The position numbers and the translations under genes were made by a program. Below are positions 44,918 through 54,830 of a stretch of 64,000 nucleotides of DNA, piece after piece. The notes below the pieces were generated by a model. It saw only the letters and a program-made list of their open reading frames with translations, made no database searches and had not been told where the DNA came from. The stretch spans positions 2,345-66,344 of the forward strand of contig JAWBMD010000004.1 in NCBI GenBank assembly GCA_039000985.1, in the 5' to 3' direction. Origin of the DNA: Candidatus Aenigmatarchaeota archaeon (GTDB lineage Archaea; Aenigmatarchaeota; Aenigmatarchaeia; CG10238-14; SpSt-28). Every line of letters starts with the position of its first letter. Within the stretch, counting starts at the first letter, position 1.

Positions 44918-46475
44918 AATAACATTCTAAAACAGTACCTATACCTTTAGTTTTACCTTCCCTAAATATTAACTTATCACCGACTTCAATATAATGTGGT
45001 CTATATTTAAATGAAAATATTGCTTTACAATGCTCTCCACTTTTAACAAACTCTTTATCAATTAACTTTATTTTAGCTGATTCTTCTATTGTGTTTATAT
45101 GAACAACTGGTTCATAACCATCTGAAATTTTTGTTGGATGTGTTAAAACTAAAATCTCCGCTAAAAAGCTTTTAACTGGTTTTGGATTAATAGATTTATC
45201 AAATAATACCATTCCTCTCCTAACATCTTTTGCCTCTACTCCCTTTATTGCAATTCCAACAATATTACCAGCAAAAGCTTCACTAACTCTATAATTATGT
45301 ATTTCTATACTAGAAACTTTTACCTCTTTAAAACTACCGTCATTAAATGGACCGAAAAGCAAAGATTGATTTTCCTTTATGCTTCCTCTCAAAATGCTTC
45401 CACTAACTACACAACCAGCTCCTTCAATATTATAAACTTTATCAACATAAAGCAAAAATGGCTTATTGTTTTCTATTTTTCTGCTTTTTAACAAAGAAAA
45501 AATATCAATTAATAAATCAATCCCCTCCATTGTTACACAAGATGTTTTAATTATTGGAACCACTATATCAATTTTATCTAAAATTATTCCAATATCATTT
45601 TTATCTTTAATTAAAAAAGGTATTCTACCAACATTTTTTAATAGCAAATTTACATCCTCAATAACCTTATTTAATTTATTTTCATTACACAAATCAATTT
45701 TAGTAATACAAACAATAATTGGTAAATTAATTGAAAGCATTATACCTAAATGCTCTTTTGTTATATTTGTAATTCCTTCTGGAGCTGAAATTACTAAAAG
45801 ACCATAATCCAAATTTTGACCTATTAAACCCCTTATGCTAGAATATATCCAAGCATCGTGACCAACATTATCAACAAAATTTACTATTTTATCGCTTTCT
45901 GAAATAATTTTTCTTTTTTCCTTTCTATCAATTGGATTTGAAAAAAGTAATGGCTTTCCATTTTTATATGCTAAAAAAGTATAATGTAAATCTGCAGTCA
46001 ATCTTCTTTTTATTTCATGTGGTAAAACATTCAAATACAACCAGTTTTTTCCTTCACTATCTGGCTTACCTGTAATTAAAGTCGCTATTAAAGTAGATTT
46101 ACCATGATGAACATGTCCTCCAATACCAACATTTATCGATTCTATTCCTTTTCCATTTATAATTTTTCTAATAACAACTCTACCTATTAAATTACCATTA
46201 TCGAAAAATTTCTCAACTTTATAAATTTCTGCATTTAAAGAAGAAGCTATTTCTTTTAATACTTGCAAAGTTTCCTCGAATTCATATTCATTAATACCAA
46301 TAGCATTACCATTATCATCTAAACCTATAATATAAACAGCAAAACCATTGTTAGTTTCTAATAAATAATTCATTTGAGTTACTAAGTGCTCCTTTCTTTC
46401 GCCTTTCAGATGAATTTCCCTACTTAGTTTACTTTTCAGCTCTATACTTTTACTCTCTTTTCTCGGAATTTTCAT
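44910..46475 (-). CDS. EF-1A/EF-Tu-superfamily GTPase (GTPBP1-like)
   Basis: G1 GGHVHHGKST, G3 DNVGHD, G4 TKID, and beta-barrel domains II/III. Confidence 0.7.
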   Translation of the reverse strand: MKIPRKESKSIELKSKLSREIHLKGERKEHLVTQMNYLLETNNGFAVYIIGLDDNGNAIGINEYEFEETLQVLKEIASSLNAEIYKVEKFFDNGNLIGRVVIRKIINGKGIESINVGIGGHVHHGKSTLIATLITGKPDSEGKNWLYLNVLPHEIKRRLTADLHYTFLAYKNGKPLLFSNPIDRKEKRKIISESDKIVNFVDNVGHDAWIYSSIRGLIGQNLDYGLLVISAPEGITNITKEHLGIMLSINLPIIVCITKIDLCNENKLNKVIEDVNLLLKNVGRIPFLIKDKNDIGIILDKIDIVVPIIKTSCVTMEGIDLLIDIFSLLKSRKIENNKPFLLYVDKVYNIEGAGCVVSGSILRGSIKENQSLLFGPFNDGSFKEVKVSSIEIHNYRVSEAFAGNIVGIAIKGVEAKDVRRGMVLFDKSINPKPVKSFLAEILVLTHPTKISDGYEPVVHINTIEESAKIKLIDKEFVKSGEHCKAIFSFKYRPHYIEVGDKLIFREGKTKGIGTVLECYYV

Positions 46476-46481
46476 AAAGAA

Positions 46482-47534
46482 CTATTTTAGTTTATCTAAA
46501 AATATTAATCTTTTTGGTATTGGCGGGTGAGAAGATAGAAATTCCTCTATTGCAGAATATTTTTCTTTTTTTACTTTTTCTATTTCTATTTCCCTAAAAG
46601 GATTTGCTAAAGAATTAGTAAAAGCATATATGAAAAGTGTCTTGAATGAACTATCTTTTAATTTTTGTATTGATTCTACATAACCTTTATAATAATAATG
46701 TATTTTTGCTAAAGAGCTTTGCATATTTATTTTGCCAGCTGATTTTGCCCCAACTGTATCTGCATAATATTCTCTTAATCTACTAAACGCTAAAACTAAT
46801 ATCTGAACTATAAATGATGCTAACATTGCAACTATTCCCAGAATAGCTAAAATAGCACTAGAACCCCCTTCTCTTCTACTACCTCTTGAAAACAAACCAG
46901 CTCTAAATAAAAAATAACCCAAATAATATAACAAAGCTGGTAATAAACCAAATAAAAGCATTATAGCATTATCTCTATGAATATGATGACCTATTTCATG
47001 TCCAATAACAGCTTTTAGCTCATTTTCATTTGTTAAATTAATCATTCCTGGAGTTACAGCAACATATTTCCCAAATATAAAATTTCCATATGCGAATGCA
47101 TTTGGTAAACCAAATCTCCTAGTCACAACAGCATTTAATTTTCCTTTATACTTTAATTTATTTTTAACATCATCAACAATTCTTTGCATCTTTTGATCTT
47201 TTTCACATCCATGCATTAAATTTATTAAAAGTGGAGAAAATATGTAGATTAATAAATTAGAAATAATTACCAAAAAAGTTATATAAAATATTAAAGATGA
47301 TATTGGAGTAGAACTTCCAAATGCTTGAGAAGAAATGCTTATTATAGCTGCTAAAACTAAAGAAAAAACACCAATTACAACTGATGCTAATATTACCATA
47401 GAAGTAAATAATGAAAACTTACCAGAAAATCTATTAGCTACTTTAGGTGCAATAAAAGCAGCAAGTATAAACATTACTACATAACCAATTATTGCCCAAA
47501 GTATATAAAGTGGGTCTAAAAGCAAAAATACCAT
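46482..47534 (-). CDS. htpX: M48-family Zn metalloprotease (HtpX-like)
   Basis: HEIGHH motif and multiple TM helices. Confidence 0.75.
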   Translation of the reverse strand: MVFLLLDPLYILWAIIGYVVMFILAAFIAPKVANRFSGKFSLFTSMVILASVVIGVFSLVLAAIISISSQAFGSSTPISSLIFYITFLVIISNLLIYIFSPLLINLMHGCEKDQKMQRIVDDVKNKLKYKGKLNAVVTRRFGLPNAFAYGNFIFGKYVAVTPGMINLTNENELKAVIGHEIGHHIHRDNAIMLLFGLLPALLYYLGYFLFRAGLFSRGSRREGGSSAILAILGIVAMLASFIVQILVLAFSRLREYYADTVGAKSAGKINMQSSLAKIHYYYKGYVESIQKLKDSSFKTLFIYAFTNSLANPFREIEIEKVKKEKYSAIEEFLSSHPPIPKRLIFLDKLK

Positions 47535-47569
47535 ACTAAATATTTATCAATACTTATTTAAATATTTTT

Positions 47570-47728
47570 ATGAACTGTACATCCTGTAATAGAAACATAT
47601 TGGAAAAAGAACATTTTACAAGATTTAAATGTCCGAATTGTGGGGAATTTGAAATAATTAGATGCAAAACTTGTAGAGCTCTCTCGATTCCATATACATG
47701 CCAAAAATGTAATTTTATGGGACCATGA
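47570..47728 (+). CDS. Zn-ribbon protein (COG2888-like) upstream of aEF-1beta
   Basis: Absent from the ORF track. The translation is MNCTSCNRNILEKEHFTRFKCPNCGEFEIIRCKTCRALSIPYTCQKCNFMGP, with four CxxC pairs. ATGA overlap with the next gene. Confidence 0.6.
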   Translation: MNCTSCNRNILEKEHFTRFKCPNCGEFEIIRCKTCRALSIPYTCQKCNFMGP

Positions 47729-47982
47729 GTAAAGTATTGGTTATTCTTAAAGTATTTCCAAAAGGAATTGAAGTTGATATCGAAAAATTAAAAGAAAAAA
47801 TAGAAACAATGACAAGGGCTGAAAAAATAGAAATAGAAGATTTTGTTTTTGGATTAAAATGCTTAAAAGTCCATAAACTTATAGATGATAGTGGTAATTT
47901 GCTTGAAGAACTAGAAAACAAAATTAGATCTATAGAGGAAATTAGCAATGTTGAAGTTGAGAAAATAACTAGAACTATTTAA
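47725..47982 (+). CDS. Translation elongation factor aEF-1beta
   Basis: 85 aa. MSKVLVILKVFPKGIEVDIEKLKEKI...FGLKCLKV matches the aEF-1beta pattern. Confidence 0.8.
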   Translation: MSKVLVILKVFPKGIEVDIEKLKEKIETMTRAEKIEIEDFVFGLKCLKVHKLIDDSGNLLEELENKIRSIEEISNVEVEKITRTI

Positions 47983-48979
47983 TTAAAAAATAAAGCAAAA
48001 CTGAAAAAAGTTCCATTAAAATAAAAATAACTGAAATTTGCCATTCTTTAAACTTACCAATTTTCATTATTAAATGAGTTAAGCTATAAATTTTCCTGTA
48101 TCTACTTTTTAAATAACCGTTTTTTAAAATACCTAAGCTGCTTGCTTTAAATTTCGACCTTAGCTTTAAAAAAAACTCTATAAAAAATGGTAGGAAAACA
48201 AAAATTAAAGGCTTTTCCATATCTCCGGCAACGGAAGCACTTATAACTAAAGAACCTAAAAAATATGTTAAACTATCCCCTGGCAATATTTTTGCTGGAT
48301 AGAAATTGAAAATAAAAAAGGGTAATAAAGAAAAAAATGCTATTAAAAATATTGGAAAAGCAATTGAATTGGCTAAAAAAGCAACATAAGATAAAAATCC
48401 TAAATATACTAAACCCATTCCAGATTCCATTCCATTAAAACCAGCTAACATATTAACAACATTTGAAGAAAAAACAAAAGCTAAAGGAACAATAACTAAA
48501 GGGTAAAAAATTCCAAAATTTACTTCACCAAAAATAGGTAAACTTATTGTTGGATTTCCTATATTGAGAACCATTAACGGTAATGCGGCGGGAAATGTTA
48601 ATAATGGCTTTATCCATTGTGGCAAACCAACTCTTATATCTTTCTCATTTTTTTTGCTTCTATATTGTTTTCTTTTTATCAAAACATCATCAATAAAACC
48701 AACAAATGTAACTAAAAGTACAGATAAAAGAATAGAAAACACTATCAAAGCATTTTCTATTGTTTTAAAAATAAAAGTTCTTATACCTATAAAAACTAAT
48801 AATGAAAAAATGAATGAAAAAGAAATCGCTATACCACCAGAGGTTGCTATTTTTCTTTTATCTTTTTTATGTTGGTCAATTCCAACTATCCCAAACTTTT
48901 CAAACAAAATTTTAATTTTCTTTAAAGAAATGGAAGAAACGAAAAAAGCTAAAATTGATGAAAATATGTATTCAATCAT
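47975..48979 (-). CDS. Polyprenyl-phosphate GlcNAc-1-phosphate transferase (MraY/WecA/AglH family)
   Basis: Polytopic membrane protein with VGFIDDV and NMLAGFNGME motifs. Confidence 0.6.
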   Translation of the reverse strand: MIEYIFSSILAFFVSSISLKKIKILFEKFGIVGIDQHKKDKRKIATSGGIAISFSFIFSLLVFIGIRTFIFKTIENALIVFSILLSVLLVTFVGFIDDVLIKRKQYRSKKNEKDIRVGLPQWIKPLLTFPAALPLMVLNIGNPTISLPIFGEVNFGIFYPLVIVPLAFVFSSNVVNMLAGFNGMESGMGLVYLGFLSYVAFLANSIAFPIFLIAFFSLLPFFIFNFYPAKILPGDSLTYFLGSLVISASVAGDMEKPLIFVFLPFFIEFFLKLRSKFKASSLGILKNGYLKSRYRKIYSLTHLIMKIGKFKEWQISVIFILMELFSVLLYFLIK

Positions 48980-50030
48980 TTTCAGCTAAAGGCTCTAAAA
49001 GTTTTTTATTAGATGGTTTTTCAAAATGCTCTCTAATTGGTTTAACAATTTCATTTATTTCTCTAGCAACATTAACTTTTAAATCTAATGGATGTATTTT
49101 GCCATCTAAATAAGCTTTTTCCAACTCTTCATAAGAATGAAATTCCAAATTTTCGCCATATTTGCTTTCTCTTTCTAAAAGAAATATATCTTTAAATCTA
49201 AAAATCAAATATTTGACTATTTCTAAAACTGGATTATTTTCAACTGTTTTAGGTGGGCAATAAGCATTTTTCAATTTTTCTAAAATTTCTTTTTCGCTAT
49301 CATGAATAAATATAGCTGTCCCTGGCTTGCTCTTACTCATTTTCATTTGTAAAACAAATTCTTCTTTATTTTTAATTTGAGTGGGTGGTTGGGATAATCC
49401 AAGTAATAAATGATGATGTATTGCTATAGGTTTCTCCCAACCAAGTTTTGGAAATATCTCTCTACATAATACATGAACTTTTCTTTGATCCATCCCACCA
49501 TGAGCTATATTGCATAAATATTTAACATCAATAGCTTGCATAGGAGGATAAATAAATTGAGAAAATGTTAATTCATCTTTAATACTTCTTCCCATTATAG
49601 TTAAACATCTTATAATTCTTTTTAAAGTTACATGAGATGAAAACTTTACCAAATCTTCCCAATAATTATTATTGTTATAATACAAATCGGAACCTAAAAT
49701 AATTTCTGTACCTTTACAAAAAAATTTAAATGCCTCTTCATAATATTTAGAAAAAAGCTTTATTCTTTCCCAATCACCACCTAGTTTTTTATTTAAATAA
49801 CTATGCCAATCGGCTAAAAAAACTTTTGTTTTTATACCTGCTTTTTGCAAATCATTTATTTTCATTCCAGATATAAAAAGGGTACCTAAGTGCAAATAAC
49901 CAGAAATCTCAAAACCTATATAATGCTCTATTTTTGAACTAGTTTCCAATAAAATTTTTAATTCACTTTCTGTTAAAATTTCTTCTGTTGGTGGTTTTTT
50001 AATTAATTCCAACCTTTCTTCTATATCCAT
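48972..50030 (-). CDS. tyrS: Tyrosyl-tRNA synthetase (archaeal type)
   Basis: It aligns by eye with my recollection of M. jannaschii TyrRS: YIGFEISGYLHLG, YPPMQAIDV, GGMDQRKVH, KMSKSKP, YCPP...NPVLEI. Confidence 0.85.
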   Translation of the reverse strand: MDIEERLELIKKPPTEEILTESELKILLETSSKIEHYIGFEISGYLHLGTLFISGMKINDLQKAGIKTKVFLADWHSYLNKKLGGDWERIKLFSKYYEEAFKFFCKGTEIILGSDLYYNNNNYWEDLVKFSSHVTLKRIIRCLTIMGRSIKDELTFSQFIYPPMQAIDVKYLCNIAHGGMDQRKVHVLCREIFPKLGWEKPIAIHHHLLLGLSQPPTQIKNKEEFVLQMKMSKSKPGTAIFIHDSEKEILEKLKNAYCPPKTVENNPVLEIVKYLIFRFKDIFLLERESKYGENLEFHSYEELEKAYLDGKIHPLDLKVNVAREINEIVKPIREHFEKPSNKKLLEPLAEND

Positions 50031-50038
50031 AAATTATT

Positions 50039-52480
50039 TTATAACGAAGAAACTAAATCTTTGTTTCCTTGATAAAATAGTTTATTTAATTTTCTAATTT
50101 CAAGCAAATAATTTATTGTCGTGCTATATTTTTTTCTAAAAGGTTTCAAAAAATTGTTAAGATCATTTTCTCTATCAAAATTTGTTGAAAAAATTAAGCA
50201 GCGAATAAAATCTCTAAAAATCATAAATGATTTTTCAAGCTTTTTAACAAAATCTAAATTATTATTTGCCCAATCAAAAACTAAGGTTGCTTTTGGATTT
50301 AAAGAAAGAGATGAAAAAAATATTCTCATATCTTGCAATCTTAATTTATTTTCTATGTTATTTAATAAATCAATCAAAATTTCTTCATTTCTAAAATTTG
50401 CCATTGAAGATACTGATATAACTTTTAGCTCTGGGTCTATTGTACTATTATAAACTTCTAAAAATTTATTAAATTCATCCTTTCCACCATGCATTGAAAC
50501 AACAAAACATACTTGCGATAAAATATCTCTTTTAATATTTGGAAAATTTTTAAAAGTATTAAAGCATTTTTCTACAATTTCTGAATTATCAGAATAACCT
50601 AAATATATTGTTGAGATTTTTCTAGCAAATTTTTCATTTATAGTATCGTTATCTTTAACATCAAAACCAAGTATTTTAAAATTATTTTCAAATATGTTTA
50701 ATGGTATTTTTCTTATATTTTTTTCATAACCAAATATTCTTTCAATATCAAAAATGTTGCTAGCTATTAATGAAAGAACAAGCCAATCGTTTTCAAGCTC
50801 AAGTGATTTTATAAATGATAAATAATAATCTAAAGAAATTTTTCCAATTTTTGCAAATGAATATAAATCAGCTAAAATTGAAAATCTTGCAATAGAGCTT
50901 ATTTCTTTTTTGAACATTAAAGGTTTGATTTTATCTAACAATTTTTTTGAATAATTTACTCTAATGAATGAAGTTAATTCTGGATTTAAAACAACATTAT
51001 TTGGCTTTTCTTCTAATTCTATAATTTCTAAATTTTTATCAAACAAAATTTCCTTCTCTTTTCCATTTATTAAAATTTTCAAAGGAATTGGCCATGTAAA
51101 TTTATCCCTTATCCTAAATCCAAATCTTTTTTGTTTTAACTTCAAAGATTTTCCTCTTGCTTTCACTTCTAAGCAAGGATAACCTTCTTTTTTTATCCAG
51201 CTTTCTATTAAATTTTTTACTGGTTTATCTGAATACTTTGAAAAATACTCAAACAAATTATTTGCATCCGCAACATTATAAGAAAAATCGTTTAAAAAGT
51301 TTTTTATAGCATTTCTGAAATTTTCTTCTCCAATAAAGCTTTCAATCATTCTCAAAATATTGGCACCTTTATCATAGCTTATTTCATCAAAAATTTCTTC
51401 TATTTCATTAACATTTTTAATCTCAACTTTTATTGGATGAGTTGATTTAACAGAATCTCTTATTAATGCATCACTTGTTTCATTAAAAATAAAATAATTT
51501 TTTACATTTAAAGAAGGATAAAGCTTTTCTAAAGCTTTGTAAGCCATGTATGAAGCAAAACTTTCGTTTAACCACAAATCATCCCACCATTTCATTGTAA
51601 CTAAATTACCACTCCACTGATGCCATAATTCGTGTGCAATAACCAAAAATGCTTTAATTTTCGTTTCTTCACTAACATTTTTTTCATCAAATAACAATAA
51701 AACTTCTCTAAATGTTATTGCTCCCCAGTTTTCCATTGCTCCAGCTGCGAAATCTGGAATAGCTATTAAATCAAGCTTTGGTAATGGATATTTTATTCCA
51801 GTATAATCTTCAAAAAACGATAAGCATTTTTCACAAAATTCTAATGAAGTAAATCCTAAATTAGCTTTGTTTGGTGGAGCAACTACTCTAAATCTTCCTT
51901 TCTCTAAAAAATCAAAATTTCCAATGCCAATATAGAGAAGGTAAGTAACCATGGGTGGTGTATTATCAAAAACAACAAGCTTTTTTTCATTTAAAATTTT
52001 TTCCTCTTTAATTGGCATATTAGAAACAGCTTTTAAATCTTTGTTTATTAATAAAGAAAGTTTAAAGGGGGATTTAAATTTTGGCTCATCAAAACAAGGA
52101 AAGCATCTCCTTGCATAATTTGGTTCGAATTGTGTTGTTATAATATATTCATTTTCCTTTACTTTACTTACATAAATTCCTATTAAATTTTCCTCTATTT
52201 TACCTTCAAACTCTATTTGAATTTTTATATCTCCACTTAAAAACTTTATAAGTTTTAATTCCAAAATTTCTTTTTCATCATTAGTTTCAAAAACACAATC
52301 ATTATTATTAACTAAAACTTTATTTATTTTCAAACCCTTTGAATTTAAAAAAAATTTATCTGTAAAATCTTTAATTTCAGCATCTATTATTACTTTTCCA
52401 TAATAAGTCAATTTTTTTTCATCTATATCTAAAAACAAATCATAAAATTTTGGTTTTACATTATCTGGAAGCATATTCAA
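50039..52480 (-). CDS. M1-family aminopeptidase (aminopeptidase N-like)
   Basis: GAMENWG exopeptidase motif and HELWHQW-x18-E zinc site. The start may be at 52474. Confidence 0.85.
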   Translation of the reverse strand: MNMLPDNVKPKFYDLFLDIDEKKLTYYGKVIIDAEIKDFTDKFFLNSKGLKINKVLVNNNDCVFETNDEKEILELKLIKFLSGDIKIQIEFEGKIEENLIGIYVSKVKENEYIITTQFEPNYARRCFPCFDEPKFKSPFKLSLLINKDLKAVSNMPIKEEKILNEKKLVVFDNTPPMVTYLLYIGIGNFDFLEKGRFRVVAPPNKANLGFTSLEFCEKCLSFFEDYTGIKYPLPKLDLIAIPDFAAGAMENWGAITFREVLLLFDEKNVSEETKIKAFLVIAHELWHQWSGNLVTMKWWDDLWLNESFASYMAYKALEKLYPSLNVKNYFIFNETSDALIRDSVKSTHPIKVEIKNVNEIEEIFDEISYDKGANILRMIESFIGEENFRNAIKNFLNDFSYNVADANNLFEYFSKYSDKPVKNLIESWIKKEGYPCLEVKARGKSLKLKQKRFGFRIRDKFTWPIPLKILINGKEKEILFDKNLEIIELEEKPNNVVLNPELTSFIRVNYSKKLLDKIKPLMFKKEISSIARFSILADLYSFAKIGKISLDYYLSFIKSLELENDWLVLSLIASNIFDIERIFGYEKNIRKIPLNIFENNFKILGFDVKDNDTINEKFARKISTIYLGYSDNSEIVEKCFNTFKNFPNIKRDILSQVCFVVSMHGGKDEFNKFLEVYNSTIDPELKVISVSSMANFRNEEILIDLLNNIENKLRLQDMRIFFSSLSLNPKATLVFDWANNNLDFVKKLEKSFMIFRDFIRCLIFSTNFDRENDLNNFLKPFRKKYSTTINYLLEIRKLNKLFYQGNKDLVSSL

Positions 52481-53552
52481 AAATTCTTTTCCTAGCTATT
52501 TCTAATGCTGAATCAACAACTGCAATATTTTTATCTTTAGCATTTTCCAATATTTCAATTAAATTTTTTTCTATTATTTTCTTAATTTCATCAAAAACAA
52601 TATCTTTACCTTCTGCTCCCTGTATCATTTCAACATAACTACTTATTACTCCTCCAGCGTTAGCTATTTTATCTGGAACTATTTTTATCCCTTTTTTCTC
52701 TAAATATTTTTCTATTTCATATGAAATTGGAATATTACCTGCTTCAACAATCATTTTTGCTTTTATTTTATCCTTATTTTTTTCATTTATAGAGTCTGGC
52801 CTTGCTCCTGGAATTAATATATCCACATCTAATTCAAAAAGCTTTACACTATCAAAAACGATCCCATCTTTATAATTTATTACACTTCCCGTATTTTTCT
52901 TTACTTCAATTAATTCCTCAATATTTATACCATTTTTGTTATATATCATTCCCTTAGAATCACTTACAGCAACAATTTTAAACCCATTTTTCTCTAAAAA
53001 CTTAGCTGCATAAATACCAACACTACCAAATCCCTCAATAGCTACAGTTGAATTTTTATTCATATCAAAAAACTTGGCAGCTATTTTTGTAGCTAAGGCT
53101 ACCCCATACCCAGTTGAGCCAATCTCGTGTGGTATACCATTCATATCTAATGGCTTACCTGTTGCTGCTTTTTCTGTTTTTAATTCATTTGTTATTATAG
53201 CCATTTCTTTCTCTCCAGTACCCATATCTGGACCAGGTACATATTCATCTGGAACAAACTTGCTTATCATTCTAGCAAAACTTCTAATTATATCTTCTTT
53301 ATCATTTCTTTTAGGATTGGCCTTTATTCCTGCTTTAGCTCCTCCTAATGGTAAATCAACTAAAGCGCATTTGTACGTCATAACCCTAGCTAATTTGGTT
53401 ATTTCTTCCAATGTTATATCTGGCAAAAATCTAATACCTCCTTTTCCAACTCCACGTATAGTATTATCTATAACCAAATAGGCTTCGAACTTCAAATTCC
53501 TATCATAACCAATGATGACTTTCTCTGGACCTATTTCGTCAAAAAACAACAT
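52461..53552 (-). CDS. Glu/Leu/Phe/Val dehydrogenase family protein
   Basis: GKGGIRF and LPLGGAKAGI motifs plus a Rossmann GFGSVG. Confidence 0.7.
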   Translation of the reverse strand: MLFFDEIGPEKVIIGYDRNLKFEAYLVIDNTIRGVGKGGIRFLPDITLEEITKLARVMTYKCALVDLPLGGAKAGIKANPKRNDKEDIIRSFARMISKFVPDEYVPGPDMGTGEKEMAIITNELKTEKAATGKPLDMNGIPHEIGSTGYGVALATKIAAKFFDMNKNSTVAIEGFGSVGIYAAKFLEKNGFKIVAVSDSKGMIYNKNGINIEELIEVKKNTGSVINYKDGIVFDSVKLFELDVDILIPGARPDSINEKNKDKIKAKMIVEAGNIPISYEIEKYLEKKGIKIVPDKIANAGGVISSYVEMIQGAEGKDIVFDEIKKIIEKNLIEILENAKDKNIAVVDSALEIARKRIFEYASR

Positions 53553-53601
53553 TAAAATAAACTTATATAAAATAAAAATAAAAAAGCTTCCATAAATAAT
53601 T

Positions 53602-54135
53602 ATGAAATTGGTTACATTGGTTTTTTTAACTTTATTTATTCAATATTCGGTGGCAATAACTATAAGCGAGGAAAGCTTAAAAAAAGTAATAAACTCTTTA
53701 GGTTATGTTGGTATATTTTTATCTTCTCTTGTTTTTTCACTCTCGCTATTTTTACCTATACCACTATATATACCAATGATAGCAATAGCCATAGCAAAAG
53801 ATTTTAATCCAATAGCAACAATATTGCTTGCATCTATTGGTTCTTCAATTGGAGAAATAACTTCTTACTTAATAGGACTTGGGGCATATACAAAACTAGA
53901 AAAATTTAAATCTATTAAAAAATTTAGAAAGCTATTTGATAAATATGGTTCTGTTATAATAATAATTTTATCTTTTTTACCATTTGCAGATATAGCTGGT
54001 ATATTAGCTGGAAGTAGTAAGTATGAATTTAAAAAATTTTTTATTTTTACCTTTGTTGGTAAACTATTGAAAATGTACTTAATCTTTTATTCACTTTATT
54101 TTGGAATTGATATTTTGGTATCTAAATGGATTTGA
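53602..54135 (+). CDS. Small membrane protein (DedA/VTT-like)
   Basis: Four to five TM helices. The family assignment is weak. Confidence 0.4.
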   Translation: MKLVTLVFLTLFIQYSVAITISEESLKKVINSLGYVGIFLSSLVFSLSLFLPIPLYIPMIAIAIAKDFNPIATILLASIGSSIGEITSYLIGLGAYTKLEKFKSIKKFRKLFDKYGSVIIIILSFLPFADIAGILAGSSKYEFKKFFIFTFVGKLLKMYLIFYSLYFGIDILVSKWI

Positions 54136-54830
54136 AAATAATAAATGTTCTAAAAAATTTTGGAATAGAAAAAATTTTGGAATTGGAAAGAGAAGACATA
54201 CAATTTAAATCAATTTCTCTGCTAAAAGAAAAATTTGATGAAAAAACTGTATCGAAGCTTGTTATGTTTAACTCTTTAATAACTTATAAGCTTGTTGGAA
54301 AGGGGGAAGAACATTGGATGTTTTTTGCAAACTATTTTTTAAAAAACAAAAAAGATTTTTTCCAATATATAAAAGAAAGTCCTTTCCTGATATTAAACAG
54401 AGAAAAAAGAATAGAAAGAATAAAAAAAGTATACAATTATAACCCGGATATAAACGATTTGGAAAAAGTATGGATTGATCTTTCTTCTATATTAAAAGTA
54501 GATAAAAACTCTAAAACTATTGTTTTCACAATAAAAATGCTAAATTACGTTTACAGAATTTTTAGAAATAAAGAAAGAATATTACCTAAAAACATTCCCA
54601 TACCTGTTGATTTGCGAGTAATAAAATTAACTAAATTGGCTGGATTAATAAATAGTGAAAAAATTAGCTATAAAAAAGTTCAGGAAATCTGGAATGAAAT
54701 TTCAGAAAAGACAAATATTCCTCCTTTACATTTAGACTCTATACTTTGGTTAGCTGGAAGAACAGTTATACATAAAGATAAAATTTATAATATACCAAAA
54801 GAAATAATTGAAATATTCACTCAACAATAA
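54126..54830 (+). CDS. Putative archaeal N-glycosylase/DNA lyase (AGOG-like)
   Basis: Pattern ITYKLVGKGEEHWMFFANYF...IPVDLRV...PPLHLDSILW, as recalled for AGOG. Not verified. Confidence 0.45.
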   Translation: MDLKIINVLKNFGIEKILELEREDIQFKSISLLKEKFDEKTVSKLVMFNSLITYKLVGKGEEHWMFFANYFLKNKKDFFQYIKESPFLILNREKRIERIKKVYNYNPDINDLEKVWIDLSSILKVDKNSKTIVFTIKMLNYVYRIFRNKERILPKNIPIPVDLRVIKLTKLAGLINSEKISYKKVQEIWNEISEKTNIPPLHLDSILWLAGRTVIHKDKIYNIPKEIIEIFTQQ